Assembly: GCA_012026655.1 (NCBI GenBank)
Contig: JAAILG010001559.1
Coordinates: 1-64,000 of the forward strand
DNA from: Hydrolagus affinis
Lineage: Eukaryota
DNA: 64,000 nt
Direction of reading: 5' to 3'
Shown here: positions 1 through 11,920 of the stretch, in pieces
Layout: the number at the start of each line of letters is the position of its first letter
Position numbering within the stretch: position 1 is the stretch's first letter
Position numbers and translations under genes: made by a program
The notes under the pieces: generated by a model
What the model saw: only the letters and a program-made list of their open reading frames with translations
Told to the model about the DNA's origin: nothing
Databases searched by the model: none

Positions 1-618
1 GCTGTGTCCCTGGGCTCGCTGCCCAGCAGCCCTTTTGCTCACCACAGTAACTACCCTCCCAGACACCCGATATATCAAAAGGATCGAACTTCCTCCTTTA
101 CCCCGACGTTGCCGACATCAGCCAGGGCCACTTGCCAGGGAAGTTGAGCGAGTTGAGACTTTTAATCCTATTGTCTGGCCGGTCTTTTGAGAAGAGGATC
201 GATCTTGGTGTTCCTGTGTCGGGTTTTTTTTTTCTGCGGTCGAGTCAACCTGATTGGTGTCACTGTCTCCAAACAGTTTGGATTGAAAAGCTTCCCTCCC
301 AAACGTTTGTCAGTGAAGATGATATCCCTCTAATTGGAGCTTTCAGGCAGAGCCATCATGGGAGCCCGAGTTAAAGACACTCTCTCAAGGGAATCGCTTT
401 GTTTCGCTGCAAATGTGGAACATTCGATCGCATTCGTGTCACCAAAGACAGAACAAGTAGAAAGCTGTTAACCCGCAGGCAGAGATCAACGCCATCGCTG
501 CTTGAGAAGCGACCAATGTGTGTAATCTCAACTCTCGAATCCAGGCAGGTCAGGGGCGCAACATCGGGCAAGTTTCCTTACTCCACACACACACACACAC
601 ACACACACAGGTTCATAG

Positions 619-830
619 GGAGACAGTAAGTCGGAGAGATAGGAGGGGGGCAAGGCCGTCAATGGCCTCTGGGGAATGGGGGTACCAATGGAGCCGGGCA
701 AGGGTGGGAGTGATGTGATCGCGGAGCTTAGTGCAGGTGAGGACTCGAGCTGCAGAGTTCTGGATGATCTGCAGCTTGTGAAGGGAAGAGCCAGGAAGGC
801 CGACGAGGAGGGAGTTTCCGTAATCGAGCT
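619..830 (-). mobile_element. L2 LINE ORF2 fragment
   Basis: Minus strand translates to [48 protein letters not shown]. Confidence 0.85.
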
Positions 831-1097
831 AACCAGCTAAAACCACACAGCTTGCCTTGATGTTATGTCTGACAAGCTTATCCAGCTAGGACCACACTAC
901 CATTAGAGCTTTCTCTTCCAGGGTTAACAGGAGCTGAGTGGGGAGCATTCTGATGACCAGTCTGACTCTTCCAAGTCCCTCTGACGAGCTAGGCTGAGCT
1001 GGTCTATCATCATCAGTGTTCTGCAATACTGTGAGAGGGAGAGAGAGAGAGAGACAGCCACAGAGGGTGGCCTTGATTCTAACATTCTGGGACACTA

Positions 1098-1350
1098 CAT
1101 TAGGATTAGGAGCAGGAGTAGGCCATTCAGCCCCTCGAGCCTAGCCCAACATTCAATAAGATCAAGGCTGATCCCTTTATCCATAAGAAAGCTATCAATC
1201 TCAGTCTTGAATACGTTCAAGGACTGAGTGAGCATCTGCAGCCTTTTGGGGGAGAGAATTCCATAAATTCACTACCCTCTGAATGAAGAAGTTTTTCCTT
1301 AACTCAGTGCGAAAAGGCTGACCCCTAATCTTAAGACTATAACCCCTTGC
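1098..1350 (-). mobile_element. CR1 LINE 3' end
   Basis: RGYSLKIRGQPFRTELRKNFFIQRVVNLWNSLPQKA plus GAATGGCCTACTCCTGCTCCTAAT tail. Confidence 0.88.
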
Positions 1351-1657
1351 GTGAAGGATGCTATTACAAAAACTCAGTTTCTGAAACGATGGGATGTCAT
1401 TGTATGTTGCGAGTGATGGTGGAGAGAGAGAGAGAGAGAGAGATAATGTCTGCGAGCCTGGTATGGAGGGAGGAGAGATGTTGGTTGGAGCAGCGAAAGT
1501 GGGGGTCAAATGACAGCGTTTGAGAATTGCCTGAAAAGGAATCTTGTCTTTCTGCGGCTCCCAAGGGAGGCTGGATTCGCTTCTTTTTGACAGCATCGCA
1601 CATTAACAACCCGAACACCCCCAACGCAAGCTCTCTCTGTCTCGCTCTCTCTGTCTC

Positions 1658-1689
<32 letters not shown>

Positions 1690-3619
1690 GCACAGACTCA
1701 CAAACCATGTCAGCCCGGCAGGTACCCGCAGGCACTGGGTTCTACGTTATAAACAATCTTGTGTTTTAGTCGTGTTTTACCATCATTTCACTCCAGCTCA
1801 TGTTATGTACCCAACTAAGCCCTCTCCCCCACCCTACACACTTCTTGAGCAGCGCCTCACCGTGGGCAAAGGCAGGAACTGTCACCAGGTAACTCTGAAA
1901 CATCTAAACCCTTGGCTCTAAGGCGGGAATATCCATCCACCAGACCAAAGATCCAACAAGGTCCGTGAAGTCAGAATGTGATGCATCAGACTGCAAACCC
2001 ACTGGCAAACTGGGTTTTTAGCTGGTGACATTTTAGTATCCACAGGCCTGATAATAATCATCCCTTCAAAAAAAAACACAATAATAAAAAAAATTGGACA
2101 TTTCAACCCACGACTGTTTGTGTGTGGGGGGGACGCTGCTGTGCGCAATTGGCTGCCGAGTTTCGCCCACAAACATACAGTCAATTCTCTTTACAATATA
2201 TTCTGTGAAGCGCTTTGAGACATCGATAAGAAAAGCGCTACATCAAATGCAAGGATTATTATCAATATTCGCACTGCCCCACCCACCCAGAGCACACTCT
2301 GACATCGCCCTCCGCCCTCCACCTTCCGCCCTTCATCAAACCTCCATCACTGCACCAGAGCCTTATTTCTGTCCGAGCCGCCTCTAATACCAGCCAAGTG
2401 ATGCCGGACGCTACCCAGCGTGAAGGGCGCGATATCAATTCAAGTTGTTCTGGTAATGTTCCCAGGGTCGGTTGATCAGTCAGACTGTAAGGCAGTTTGG
2501 GATCTTATAGACTCCTCACCCCTCCAATTTCAGGGCTGTAATGGGGTGGGATGGGAGGGGTCTAAATGTGGTGAGATGTTACCCTGCCTGAAGCCATAGA
2601 AATACAAGTTGTTGCTGTTGTACTGGATGTGAGTGACCGCTGTAGTTGCGACTGTGGTACAATAGGGGGCAGTCTCATCACATCCATCCCATTATTACAG
2701 TATTAATAGTAATAATCTTTGCATTTGATATAGCGCTTTTCACGACTTCGAGACGTCTCAAAGAGCTTCACAGAATAGACTGTAAAGTGACTTGACTGTA
2801 TATTTGTGGGCGAAGCATTAAGTGAGTGACAGGTGCTCTACCAATGTCATTTTGTTGTTGTTTGTTGTTGATGGCGTAGACTGGAATCTGGTGCAGAGAG
2901 CTTTAGAGTTTCATCGCAGGAACACTGGCAGGTCAGCATTTAGCACTCTCCCTCTCGCCCGAATATTATCAACAATAATAAGCCTTGCATTTGATACGTC
3001 ATTCTGAAGCGTTTGGCAGAATGTACTGTAAAGTGGAGTGACTGTGTATTCTGTGGGCGAAACACAACGGTAACTAATTATTCAAAGCGCTTTCAGCCAC
3101 CCGATGAAACGCAATTGACAAACGTGTGAGGCTCAGAACATTCATTTCATTAATTGAGGTTAATTAACTCACTCCCTTCCTATACCCTGCCATCCGAGAG
3201 GTGATAGAGTCACACAGAGTACGCCGCGCGATGCAGGAGTGGGTTGACTCACACGTTCGTGGGAGTTTGAAATCATTACGATAGCGATCCTTACATTCGA
3301 TCCGCGGCCGTTCCTATCCGAAAGGCATCTCGACGCGCTTCACAGGAGTTTTATTGAAACGTGCAGTGACTGTGTGTTTTTAGGTGAACGCAGCTGGCGG
3401 TTTTCACACAGTGACACGCCGTGACAGCGAGCGAACAATTTTTATTCTGTGAGGGATTGTCAGGCAGGCCAGCCTTCTCTTTTCAAACTGCGCTGCGGTC
3501 ATCTTCAATGGCCACAAGTATTTAAATAGATCCTCTGATGTTTAACCCACAAAAACACAGTCACTTCACTTTCCAATAAACAGCTTGGACTTGGGCGCGG
3601 AGAGCAAAATTTTAGATGC

Positions 3620-4025
3620 TCAGAACACTTGACACAAAACTCGGAAACGTAGTAAACAGTGAAGAGGACGGTAGCAAGAGGAAATGGACAGATTGGTGAA
3701 ATGGGCAGACACATGGCAGATTAAGTTTAAGGCAGAGCAGTGTGAGGTGAGGGAGCAATTTGGGGAGGAAGAATGAGGAGAGGCAATATATACTAAACTG
3801 TAAAGGGGGCGCAGGAACAGGGAGACCTGGGGGTTCACATACACAGGTCGTTGAGGGTTGGCGGGACAGGTTGATTAAAAAAATAAAAAGCTACGTATAG
3901 GATTGATCCTCGGCTTTGTAAATAGAAATAGAGTAGAAAAACAAGGAAGTTCTGCTAAACCTTTACAAGTCACTGGTTAAGCCTCGGCTGGAGTATTGTG
4001 TCCAATTCTGGGCATCACACATTAG
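3620..4025 (+). mobile_element. CR1 reverse transcriptase fragment
   Basis: WADTWQIKF, DLGVHIH and LYKSLVKPRLEYCVQFWASH motifs with frameshifts. Confidence 0.85.
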
Positions 4026-5081
4026 GTGCCTCCATCACATGAGTCTCACAAGCCAGTTAGTCACACATGTATGAGTCAATTCTCGTGTGTGTGTGTGTGT
4101 GTGTGTGTGACTAACTGGAACTCTCTGTACTGTTTACACCGGGGATTGTATCTGGGTGGTGGCTTGAACTTGGCTTGGCTTGTCTTGTCGCGATGTCTAG
4201 CTATTTCCAGCTCTGTAAGTCAGATACAGTAATACACAGAAACTAGATGGTATTGACTTTGTTACGCATCGAGCAATTTGCGTGTGTGTGGATCGTCCGC
4301 GTGGCTTTGTTCTATCTGCCACACTTGTGCGCGTGTGTGGTGGTGGTGGGGATGGGAACTTTTTACACGTTAATGACTACACAGATGCTACGTAGGCAGT
4401 GTTTCTCCTGTCTGGAGGACGTCCTAACGTCTATCAGCCCTGGAGATGTGAATCGGACTACAATAATGATAATAATCCGTGCATTTAATAAGACGTCTCA
4501 CGTACTCCGTGCCTCGCTCCCCTCCCTCTCCCGTCTGCTCTAGGATCACAACAATTAAAACACAAAAAGAGGCCATTCGACCAACTGTGCCTCCGTCATG
4601 TCTGAGGGTCTCAGCTTCCAACCATGTCCTTGCCGCCTGTCATTCATTCCTTCAGCTATCGTCAGCTGCGAGAGTGAATGTAAATCATAGTGACAGTCCT
4701 CCCTCCCTCCCTCCCTCACCCCCCTCCCTCCCCACCTAAAGTCAGTCATTGCCTGATTGTGCGGATGTCAATGTACTGTATATAAATTGGCTGCCGCATA
4801 TTAAAATACCCAGACATTAAGATCATTTTGGGGGTAATGTGATGAATTTTATGAAATCAAATGCAAAGCAGCGTTATTACGATAATTATTATGAACGTGA
4901 TGGCGCATTCGGACGCCTTCCTGACGTGAAAGATGCTCTACAAATGTAATTTTGTTGTTGTTGTTAATTCTGCACGGATTCTAGTAAGATTTCCTCAAAC
5001 GACAACTTCAGTTTTTTTTAAGGGGACCCATGTCTGACAGGCCTCAGTCTTGTCCTTCGGACAAAAGAGACTGAGTAGTGT

Positions 5082-5365
5082 GGAGTCCTGTAGCTGAGTG
5101 TTTAGAGCCATTCACCTCACAAGGGTGAGACCTGTGTTCGAATCCAGGCAGATCAGAGCGAAACCTTGGGCAAGTTTCCTTACTCCACACACACGCCTAA
5201 TAATAACCCGTTTCCCCCCCGTTAAAAAATTTCAATCCACGACTGTGCGCAATTGGCTGCTGCTTTTCGCCCACAAAAAATACAGTCAATTCACAGTATA
5301 TTCTGTGAAGCGCTTTGAGACGTCTATAAGAAGTGAAAAGCGCTGTATCAAATGCAAGGATTAGT
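5082..5365 (+). mobile_element. SINE, same family
   Basis: tRNA head, body and tail similar to 6811-7140. Confidence 0.88.
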
Positions 5366-5816
5366 TTTATGTTTTATAATATAAGATCATTATTATTATT
5401 TAATTTATTACAATGAAGAAAGGAGAGGTAAAATAGCAAATAGTCTGTCGAGTAAGCGAAGCTCAGCTAGGGGAGGTTTTGTGTGTGTGGGGGGGTTGGG
5501 GGGTGGGGGGGGAGGTCATTATATTTGCAGTGATCTCAGGGTTATTATGGGATGGCCAGCTATGATCTGAGAAAACACGCATGATTTCCAGAGCTGCCCG
5601 AGCTGACGAGGTTTAAGAACCCATCGTTTTGGTTATCATTTTAAACCTCGTCAGGTAACCCTGATGACCTGAAGCGAGATGTGTACATCCAGCGTTCCTC
5701 CTCACATCCTGGCTGCTTCTTGTTGACAGCTTGCGAGTGAATCCCATTTATCCACTGATGACTGAGCACCTCTGAAGCTTTAAGCTTCCCGCTGGTCTCT
5801 GAACACAATTCTAACT

Positions 5817-5910
5817 TCCCTCTCTCTCCCTCCCTCTCTCTCTCCCTCCCTCTCCCTCTCTCCCTCCCTCTCCCTCTCCCTCTCTCCCTCCCTCTCCCTC
5901 TCCTCCCACC
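5817..5910. repeat. Polypyrimidine (CT/CCCT)n tract
   Basis: About 90 nt of nearly pure C/T. Confidence 0.9.
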
Positions 5911-6810
5911 CAAAAAATTATATTGCTGGAGAGGAGGGTTAGAGGAGGTGAAACCTAGCTCCTGTTTGTTCCTATTGAACAACAACGATAAACAACAAAA
6001 TGACGCTTGTACAGAGCCTTTCACGTCAGGAGGATGTCCCAAGACCTGAGCTGGGGATGGGGACAGGGAGGGTGGAGGGAAAGAGGGTGGGTGGGTGGGG
6101 GGAGGGGGTGGATTTACTGAAGCTCTTATCATTGGCTCTGTTGGAAAAGAGAAGGGAATTTCACTCCTGGTGTCCTGGCCGACAATCCCCGCAGATAAAA
6201 ATCACTCCGTGGACTGTTAGGGGGGGGGCGAGTTACCGTGCGCAAATAGGCTGCCGGTTCACCTGCCAACCATAATACACAGTCACTACGCTTTACAGTA
6301 AAACCCTGTGAAGTGCTTTGAGGTTTGTTTTAACGTGCTACGCCCTGTATTGAGGGTGAGTTCAAATGTGCTTAAAATTCATTCGCAGCCTCTGAAAACT
6401 CTCTCCCTCAATCCCTCCGCCTTGCGCCCCCTCCCCTCCCCTCCCTCCCCCCCACACCTTCAAATCCAGCCAAGAGATTTTATTTTTGAACGTGTTTACG
6501 GTCACTTTCCTCCCCCTCCCTTGGCTCGTTGTCAGTCTCAGTTGTTGTTGTTGTTTGGTGGTCAGGGACGGTTTGATTGATGGGCGAGATGTGAAGATGA
6601 CCTATCAGTCTCTCTGTGATGACGTGCGAAGCGGGGTTGACAGACGCTGGGGAGCTGTGCTACACTGTGTTACCGTCACGAGCATCCAAAGCTGAATGTG
6701 TCCGAACCTCGCTCACCCATTGCACGGGAATAGTAGCATTCCTTCAGCCACGGGTAAAGGGAGACCTGAAATGGAGCTAATGACTGAGTCTGTCATATAT
6801 AAACATATAC

Positions 6811-7140
6811 GGAGTCCTGTGGCTCAGTGGTTAGAGCACTCGCCTTACAAGCGTGAGTCCTGTGTTCAAATCCAGGTGGATCAGGGGTGAAACCTTGGGC
6901 AAGTTTTCTTACTCCACACACACACACACGCCTAATAATAATTTATTTTTAAAAATTGGTCATTTTCAATCCACGGCTGTTTGTGGGGGACGCTGCTGTG
7001 CGCAATTAATTGGCTGCCGCGTTTCGCCCACAAATATACAGTCCATTCACTTTACAATACATTCTGCGAAGGGCTTTGGGACGTCTAGAAGACTATATCA
7101 AATGCAAGGATTATTATTATTATTATTATTATTATTATCA
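6811..7140 (+). mobile_element. Full-length tRNA-derived SINE (representative of the dominant family)
   Basis: A box TGGCTCAGTGG, B box GTTCAAATCC, body CCTTGGGCAAGTTT.CTTACTCCAC, Deu-like GGGACGCTGCTGTGCGCAATTGGCTGCCGCGTTTC, L2-like tail ending (ATT)n. Confidence 0.9.
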
Positions 7141-9184
7141 AAGATGGGTGAGATATTGTGCAGTTTCCTGGTCTCTCACCAGGAGCTTTCTTTGACTGTG
7201 ATGCTCTCAGCTGTACTCATGACAATGTGAGTCACACAGCTGTGGGGGGGGGGTGGTGGGGGGGTGTTGGAGTGGGGGGGAGCAATGCTGTATTGTCAGA
7301 GGTGACGTCTTTGCCAATGTTAAACCCAGCTCTCTGTTCAGGATGCGTAAGATCTCATCACTCTGTTAGGAAGAGCGATGGTACTTTTCTCTCTGTGTCG
7401 TTGCCGCCGGCTGCTTTGTGAGGACATTGCTGTCACTACCATTTACAGAGAATCCTTTAAAGGTCCTCTCGACCTGAAAGGCGCTGTATCACACGCAAGG
7501 ATTATTTTTTATTGAGGATTCCAAAAGAGCAGGTTTTGCTACTGAGAACACAGCGGTGTGTGTGTGTGCGCGTGCGTGCGTGTGTGTGCACATGATATGT
7601 GTATGCATGCATGCGTGTGTGTGTATAAACAACCTAGTAAGTTGGGGGGGTGGGGGGGAAAGGCTTTGATGTACAATGTGAGTGAGACGAAGAGCAGCGT
7701 TCTCTGGCTTCCATTTTCAACAATAAATGTAATTACATTTTATGATTTATTTGAGCCAGGAATTAGCATTCAGCGTGGCAGCATCCAATAGCATCTTGCT
7801 ATTTCCCTGGGGTGGGGGGGTGGGGGGGTTGGGGCCGGATGCCGGATAGACAGATTAAAAACAAACTATGCAGTGAGTCAAAAGGACAAGTCAGTGAGCC
7901 TCCAAAATACCAAACAGCTGAGGGTGAAGCTGTGACTGAGATTGAAATATCCAAGAATTTATAGTTTTATTTTTTACTGTATTATATTTCAGTCCAGAGA
8001 CTTGTTTACTGTAACAGATGACAGACGAGCGGAGTTAAAACACTCCTTTCTTTTTTCCTTAAACACTTCATTAAAACTCTCGAGGTACATTGCATGTATA
8101 TATATATATTATATCTATATATTTTAAATTTCGTCCAAGTTTGACAATTATGCAGTTCAGAGTCAACGACAGACTTTGAGTCAAGTGACAAAGACAGACA
8201 TCAACCAGTCACAGATTCAATAAATATAACATACAAATAAATAATCACACAAAACATTGCCTTTTTCACGGAGAGGAAAGTGACCTTTACATTAAGAGCG
8301 TAGAGACCTGGCATCAAATGGTAACGTGAATCAGACAGTGATAGGGGGCACGCATTTAAAGCACCATTTCCTTTCCCTCCCCCTACCCCACTGCGTTTAA
8401 AAGGACACCCAGTCCCCGATGGGATCCGAGCGCACGGTCCAGACTGGCATTCCAGCAAGTTACTGGGGTCGGGGGGATAGGGGAGGAGGGAAGAAAGCAT
8501 TGCATTGCCTGAGGCGCTGCCTTTAGGATCAGACATGAGACGGGTGGGGTGGAGGGGAGATTGGGTAGGTTTGCGAGGGGGGTGGGGGGGTGGGGTGGGG
8601 GTGGAATGGAGAAGTCCTGTTAAGGACACCTACTAGAAAAGAGAAGGGAGTTTCAGATAAAATCGGATAAAATCACTCACGCACTTTGCGGCTGTTTGTG
8701 AGATGTCGCTTTGCGCGCATTAGCTGCCGCGTTCACCTGCGAAAACACGCAGTCGCCAGCAGTTCACAGTAACACCGCGTCAAGCGCTCCCGAGACGTCT
8801 CAACCACGTGAGGCTACAGCAAACGCGAGGATCCGCTGTTATCAATAGTAATCGACCTTTCGTTTTGTGGCGCTTTCGCGGGACCCGTCCGTGTGCAAAA
8901 GATGGCTGCCGCAGCTGCGTACGCAGGCGCAGTCACGACCCCTCGGCGGCTTCTGGACGCGGTAAGGCGGTAATGGCGGCAGGAGAGAAGAGGGCAAAGG
9001 GCACCCACCACCGTCTTCCGTAACGTCTCCGAAGGTAACTGGTTCATAAGCAATAAAGTGATCATACCTTACCAAATACCGTACAGGAACGCTAGAGGGG
9101 GAAGGAAATAGATATATGGCTGTATTCTTGATGTGCATCAATGGGAGGCTCCTTGCTACACACACACACTCACAGTATATGTCC

Positions 9185-10207
9185 TCACACAGAGCTTGGC
9201 TGAGGCGAGTGGCTGTCTGTACACTGTCCCGATAGAAGCCCGGCCATGGTCACCTCGGTGTTACCGGCCAGGGGTCTCGGGTGGGTCCCGATGCCGTCAG
9301 AGTTGCCGGAGCGGCCAATCGCTTTGCAGCCGTGAAGCTTGGAGGCATCGACCAGAGACGTGGACCTTCCCAGCTGCTCCCCCACCCCCACCCCCTCCCC
9401 CACCCCCTCCCCCTCCCCCTCCCCCGTCTCCTCCGCCGCCTCTTCCCCCACCACATCCTCGGGGATCGAGCTGAGGCGAGGGGTGCTCTTGCTACGATAG
9501 GGGCAATGTCTATTGAGGAGCTTCCTGAGGGGAACCAGCGGGACGATGGCATCTCCCAGGAGCTGCTGTTGCCGGTGCCGGTCATCGTCCTGTCTCTTCA
9601 GCCTCTTGAACTCGTTGAAAGCCGAGGTGGAGGTCTGGTCAAGGAGCGAGGCGATGGCCTTGGCTTTCTCGGGTTTGGACACCAGCGCGGCGTGGCACCT
9701 GAGGACCACCGCCTTGTTCCTCACCTGGTGCCTGTAGACCCAGGCCAGTATCCGGGGATGCCTGCTGTCGGCCCCGCAGTAGGTGATCCTGGACAAAAGG
9801 TACATGTGGCCATTCTTCTTGGACCTCTCCTCCGGCTGGGACATCCTGATGCCGTGAGGCCCCACGGTCAATCGCATCTTGTTGGAGGAGCCTCCGCCCT
9901 CACTCCTCGCCCAGATCTTTCCAACCGCCTCGTCGGTGCAGCCTTCCCCCTTGGCGCTGAGCGTCACCGCGCTGCCCAGGTACCAGACCGTGTAGGTGGG
10001 GTCCTCCCTGGTCAGCTGTACCTTCTGCCGCTTGGTCCTGAACATGCCCCCGATGCGGTGGAAGGAACATTCCGGGAGGAGGTGAGGGCAGCCTCGCACT
10101 AATGACGAGATGAGTGAGCTGTACGTCAGCCCAGCCACCAGGCTCTTCCCTTCCCATTTGCTCTCTTTTTCCACCAACACAAATTTGCTCCTTCTCCAAG
10201 GCAACAT
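9185..10207 (-). CDS. FAM43B: Protein FAM43B (PTB/PID-like domain), intronless, 340 aa
   Basis: ORF 9185..10414. From the ATG at 10207 it reads [13 protein letters not shown]...[34 protein letters not shown]...[34 protein letters not shown], matching the human FAM43B sequence as I recall it ([29 protein letters not shown]). The 69 upstream in-frame codons include microsatellite sequence and are probably UTR. Confidence 0.93.
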   Translation of the reverse strand: MLPWRRSKFVLVEKESKWEGKSLVAGLTYSSLISSLVRGCPHLLPECSFHRIGGMFRTKRQKVQLTREDPTYTVWYLGSAVTLSAKGEGCTDEAVGKIWARSEGGGSSNKMRLTVGPHGIRMSQPEERSKKNGHMYLLSRITYCGADSRHPRILAWVYRHQVRNKAVVLRCHAALVSKPEKAKAIASLLDQTSTSAFNEFKRLKRQDDDRHRQQQLLGDAIVPLVPLRKLLNRHCPYRSKSTPRLSSIPEDVVGEEAAEETGEGEGEGVGEGVGVGEQLGRSTSLVDASKLHGCKAIGRSGNSDGIGTHPRPLAGNTEVTMAGLLSGQCTDSHSPQPSSV

Positions 10208-10828
10208 TTTTTTAAAACCTGTGTACGAGAGAGACGGGATGTGGAGAAATAAAAGGAGGATCTCTCTGGCGAGAGCAGAGAGAGGATGGATATTCCTCTT
10301 TGCATTTGATGTGATGCAATGCTTTCTACTGTGTTGCTCAGTCCCAGGGTAAGTACTGTGTAGCTCTCGCTCTCTCCGTCTCTCTCTCTCCAACACACAC
10401 GCACACACACACATTGCAAAGGACAGGCAGAAATTAACTACTTCCCCACCTCACTCACCAGCATCCAGTCTGCTCAGATGGAGAATGGCGCCTACCTGTG
10501 GAAAAAAGCAGTGACTTTTCATTTTTGGTTCATGTGTGAGCAAGAAAGAGAGGGAATGAGAGCGAGAGGCTGAGCTGTATGTTATTTGTCCATTATATAT
10601 ATATATATAGAGATGAGAGAAATTTAGCAAAAGGATTAGCGGAGCTTGATTACCTAATGCGGAAATGGTGAAATAATTTTTTTTAAAAAGCCAGTCCATT
10701 TTGTTATTATTGTAATTATATTTAAAAAAAAGACACACGCAGAAATCCGTCACCGCGCTTGAACCTAACACCCACACTCTGGGCTCCCCAAACCTTGGCT
10801 CTTACCAACCCGTGCCGAGCAACTCCAT

Positions 10829-11217
10829 TAGAATCATAGAATTTCACAGCACAAAAGGAGGCCATTCGGCCCATCGAGTCTGTGCCGGCTCTTTGAAAAG
10901 AGCTATTCAAAGTCAATCCCACTCTCCGCCTCTCTCTCCCCCCCATAACCCCGCAAACCAGTCTTCCCCACATAACTTTCTCTGTTAAAAGTTGTTATCG
11001 AATCGGCCTCCACCACCTGTTCAGGCAATGCTTTCCAGTTTCACACAACTCGCTGCGTGAAAAAAATTCTCCTCACCTCCCTTCTGCTCCTTTTAGAAAT
11101 TAATTTAAATCTGTGACCACGAGTCATTGTCACACCCACCAGTGGAAACAGTTTTTCTCTGTTTTCCCTATGGAATCCCATCATGATTTTGAAAACCTTA
11201 ATTAGGTCTCCTCAACA
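10829..11217 (-). mobile_element. CR1 3' end (sister fragments at about 13113-13262 and 22139-22280)
   Basis: NSSFQRAGTDSMGRMASFCAVKFYDS and TTCTATGATTCTA tail; three similar copies. Confidence 0.85.
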
Positions 11218-11317
11218 NNNNNNNNNNNNNNNNNNNNNNNNNNNNNNNNNNNNNNNNNNNNNNNNNNNNNNNNNNNNNNNNNNNNNNNNNNNNNNNNNNN
11301 NNNNNNNNNNNNNNNNN
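11218..11317. other. Assembly gap (100 N)
   Basis: Run of N; the true FAM43B-PARK7 distance is therefore unknown. Confidence 1.
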
Positions 11318-11594
11318 TAAGAATTATTATTAATAATAATGCTTTCCGGAATCAGGTAATTATTGCTATACAAATGTAATTGTGTTGTTGTTATTAATAA
11401 TGATTAGGAAGCAGGATTCACTCCCTCCAGGGAGAGCGAGAGTGCACATGCCATTCCAACAATCAATCTTTGGCCACTCAATCCACAACTGGGGACGCTG
11501 CTGTGCACAATTGGCTGCTGCGTTTTGCCCACAAAACACCGTCAATTCACTTTACAGGATTCTGTGAAATGCTTTCAAGACGTCTCAAAGATGT

Positions 11595-11920
11595 GATAAT
11601 AATAATCGTTGCATTTGATATAGCGCTTCCCACGTCTTCCAAGACGTCTCAAAGCGCTTCACAGAATATACTGGAAAGTGAATTGACTGGAAATGTTGTG
11701 GGCGAAACGCGCGGCAGCCAATTGCGCGCAGCAGCGTCCCCCACAAGCAGTTGTGGATTCAAAAGACCGATTTTTAAAAAAAAAAATTATTGAGTGATTA
11801 TCATCAGGCGTGTGTGTGTGTGTGTGGAGTAAGGAAACTTGCCCAAGGTTTCGCTCTGACCTGCCTGGAATCAAACCCAGGTCTCTCACTTGTAAGGCGA
11901 GCGCTCTAACCACAGGACGC
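11595..11920 (-). mobile_element. Full-length SINE, tail-to-tail with a partial plus-strand copy (about 11470-11600)
   Basis: Reverse complement of the family consensus, including the tRNA head near 11860-11920. Confidence 0.88.

Noticed and set aside
6811-6880. tRNA-Val-like sequence with A and B boxes
   Set aside because: It continues directly into SINE body and recurs in many diverged copies, so it is a SINE head and not a tRNA gene.
9281-10102. 273-aa plus-strand ORF antisense to FAM43B
   Set aside because: It starts at GTG and is the expected stop-poor shadow of a GC-rich coding sequence; no recognisable domain.
10208-10414. 69-codon in-frame N-terminal extension of FAM43B
   Set aside because: Partly (GT)n and (GA)n microsatellite; homology begins at MLPWRR.
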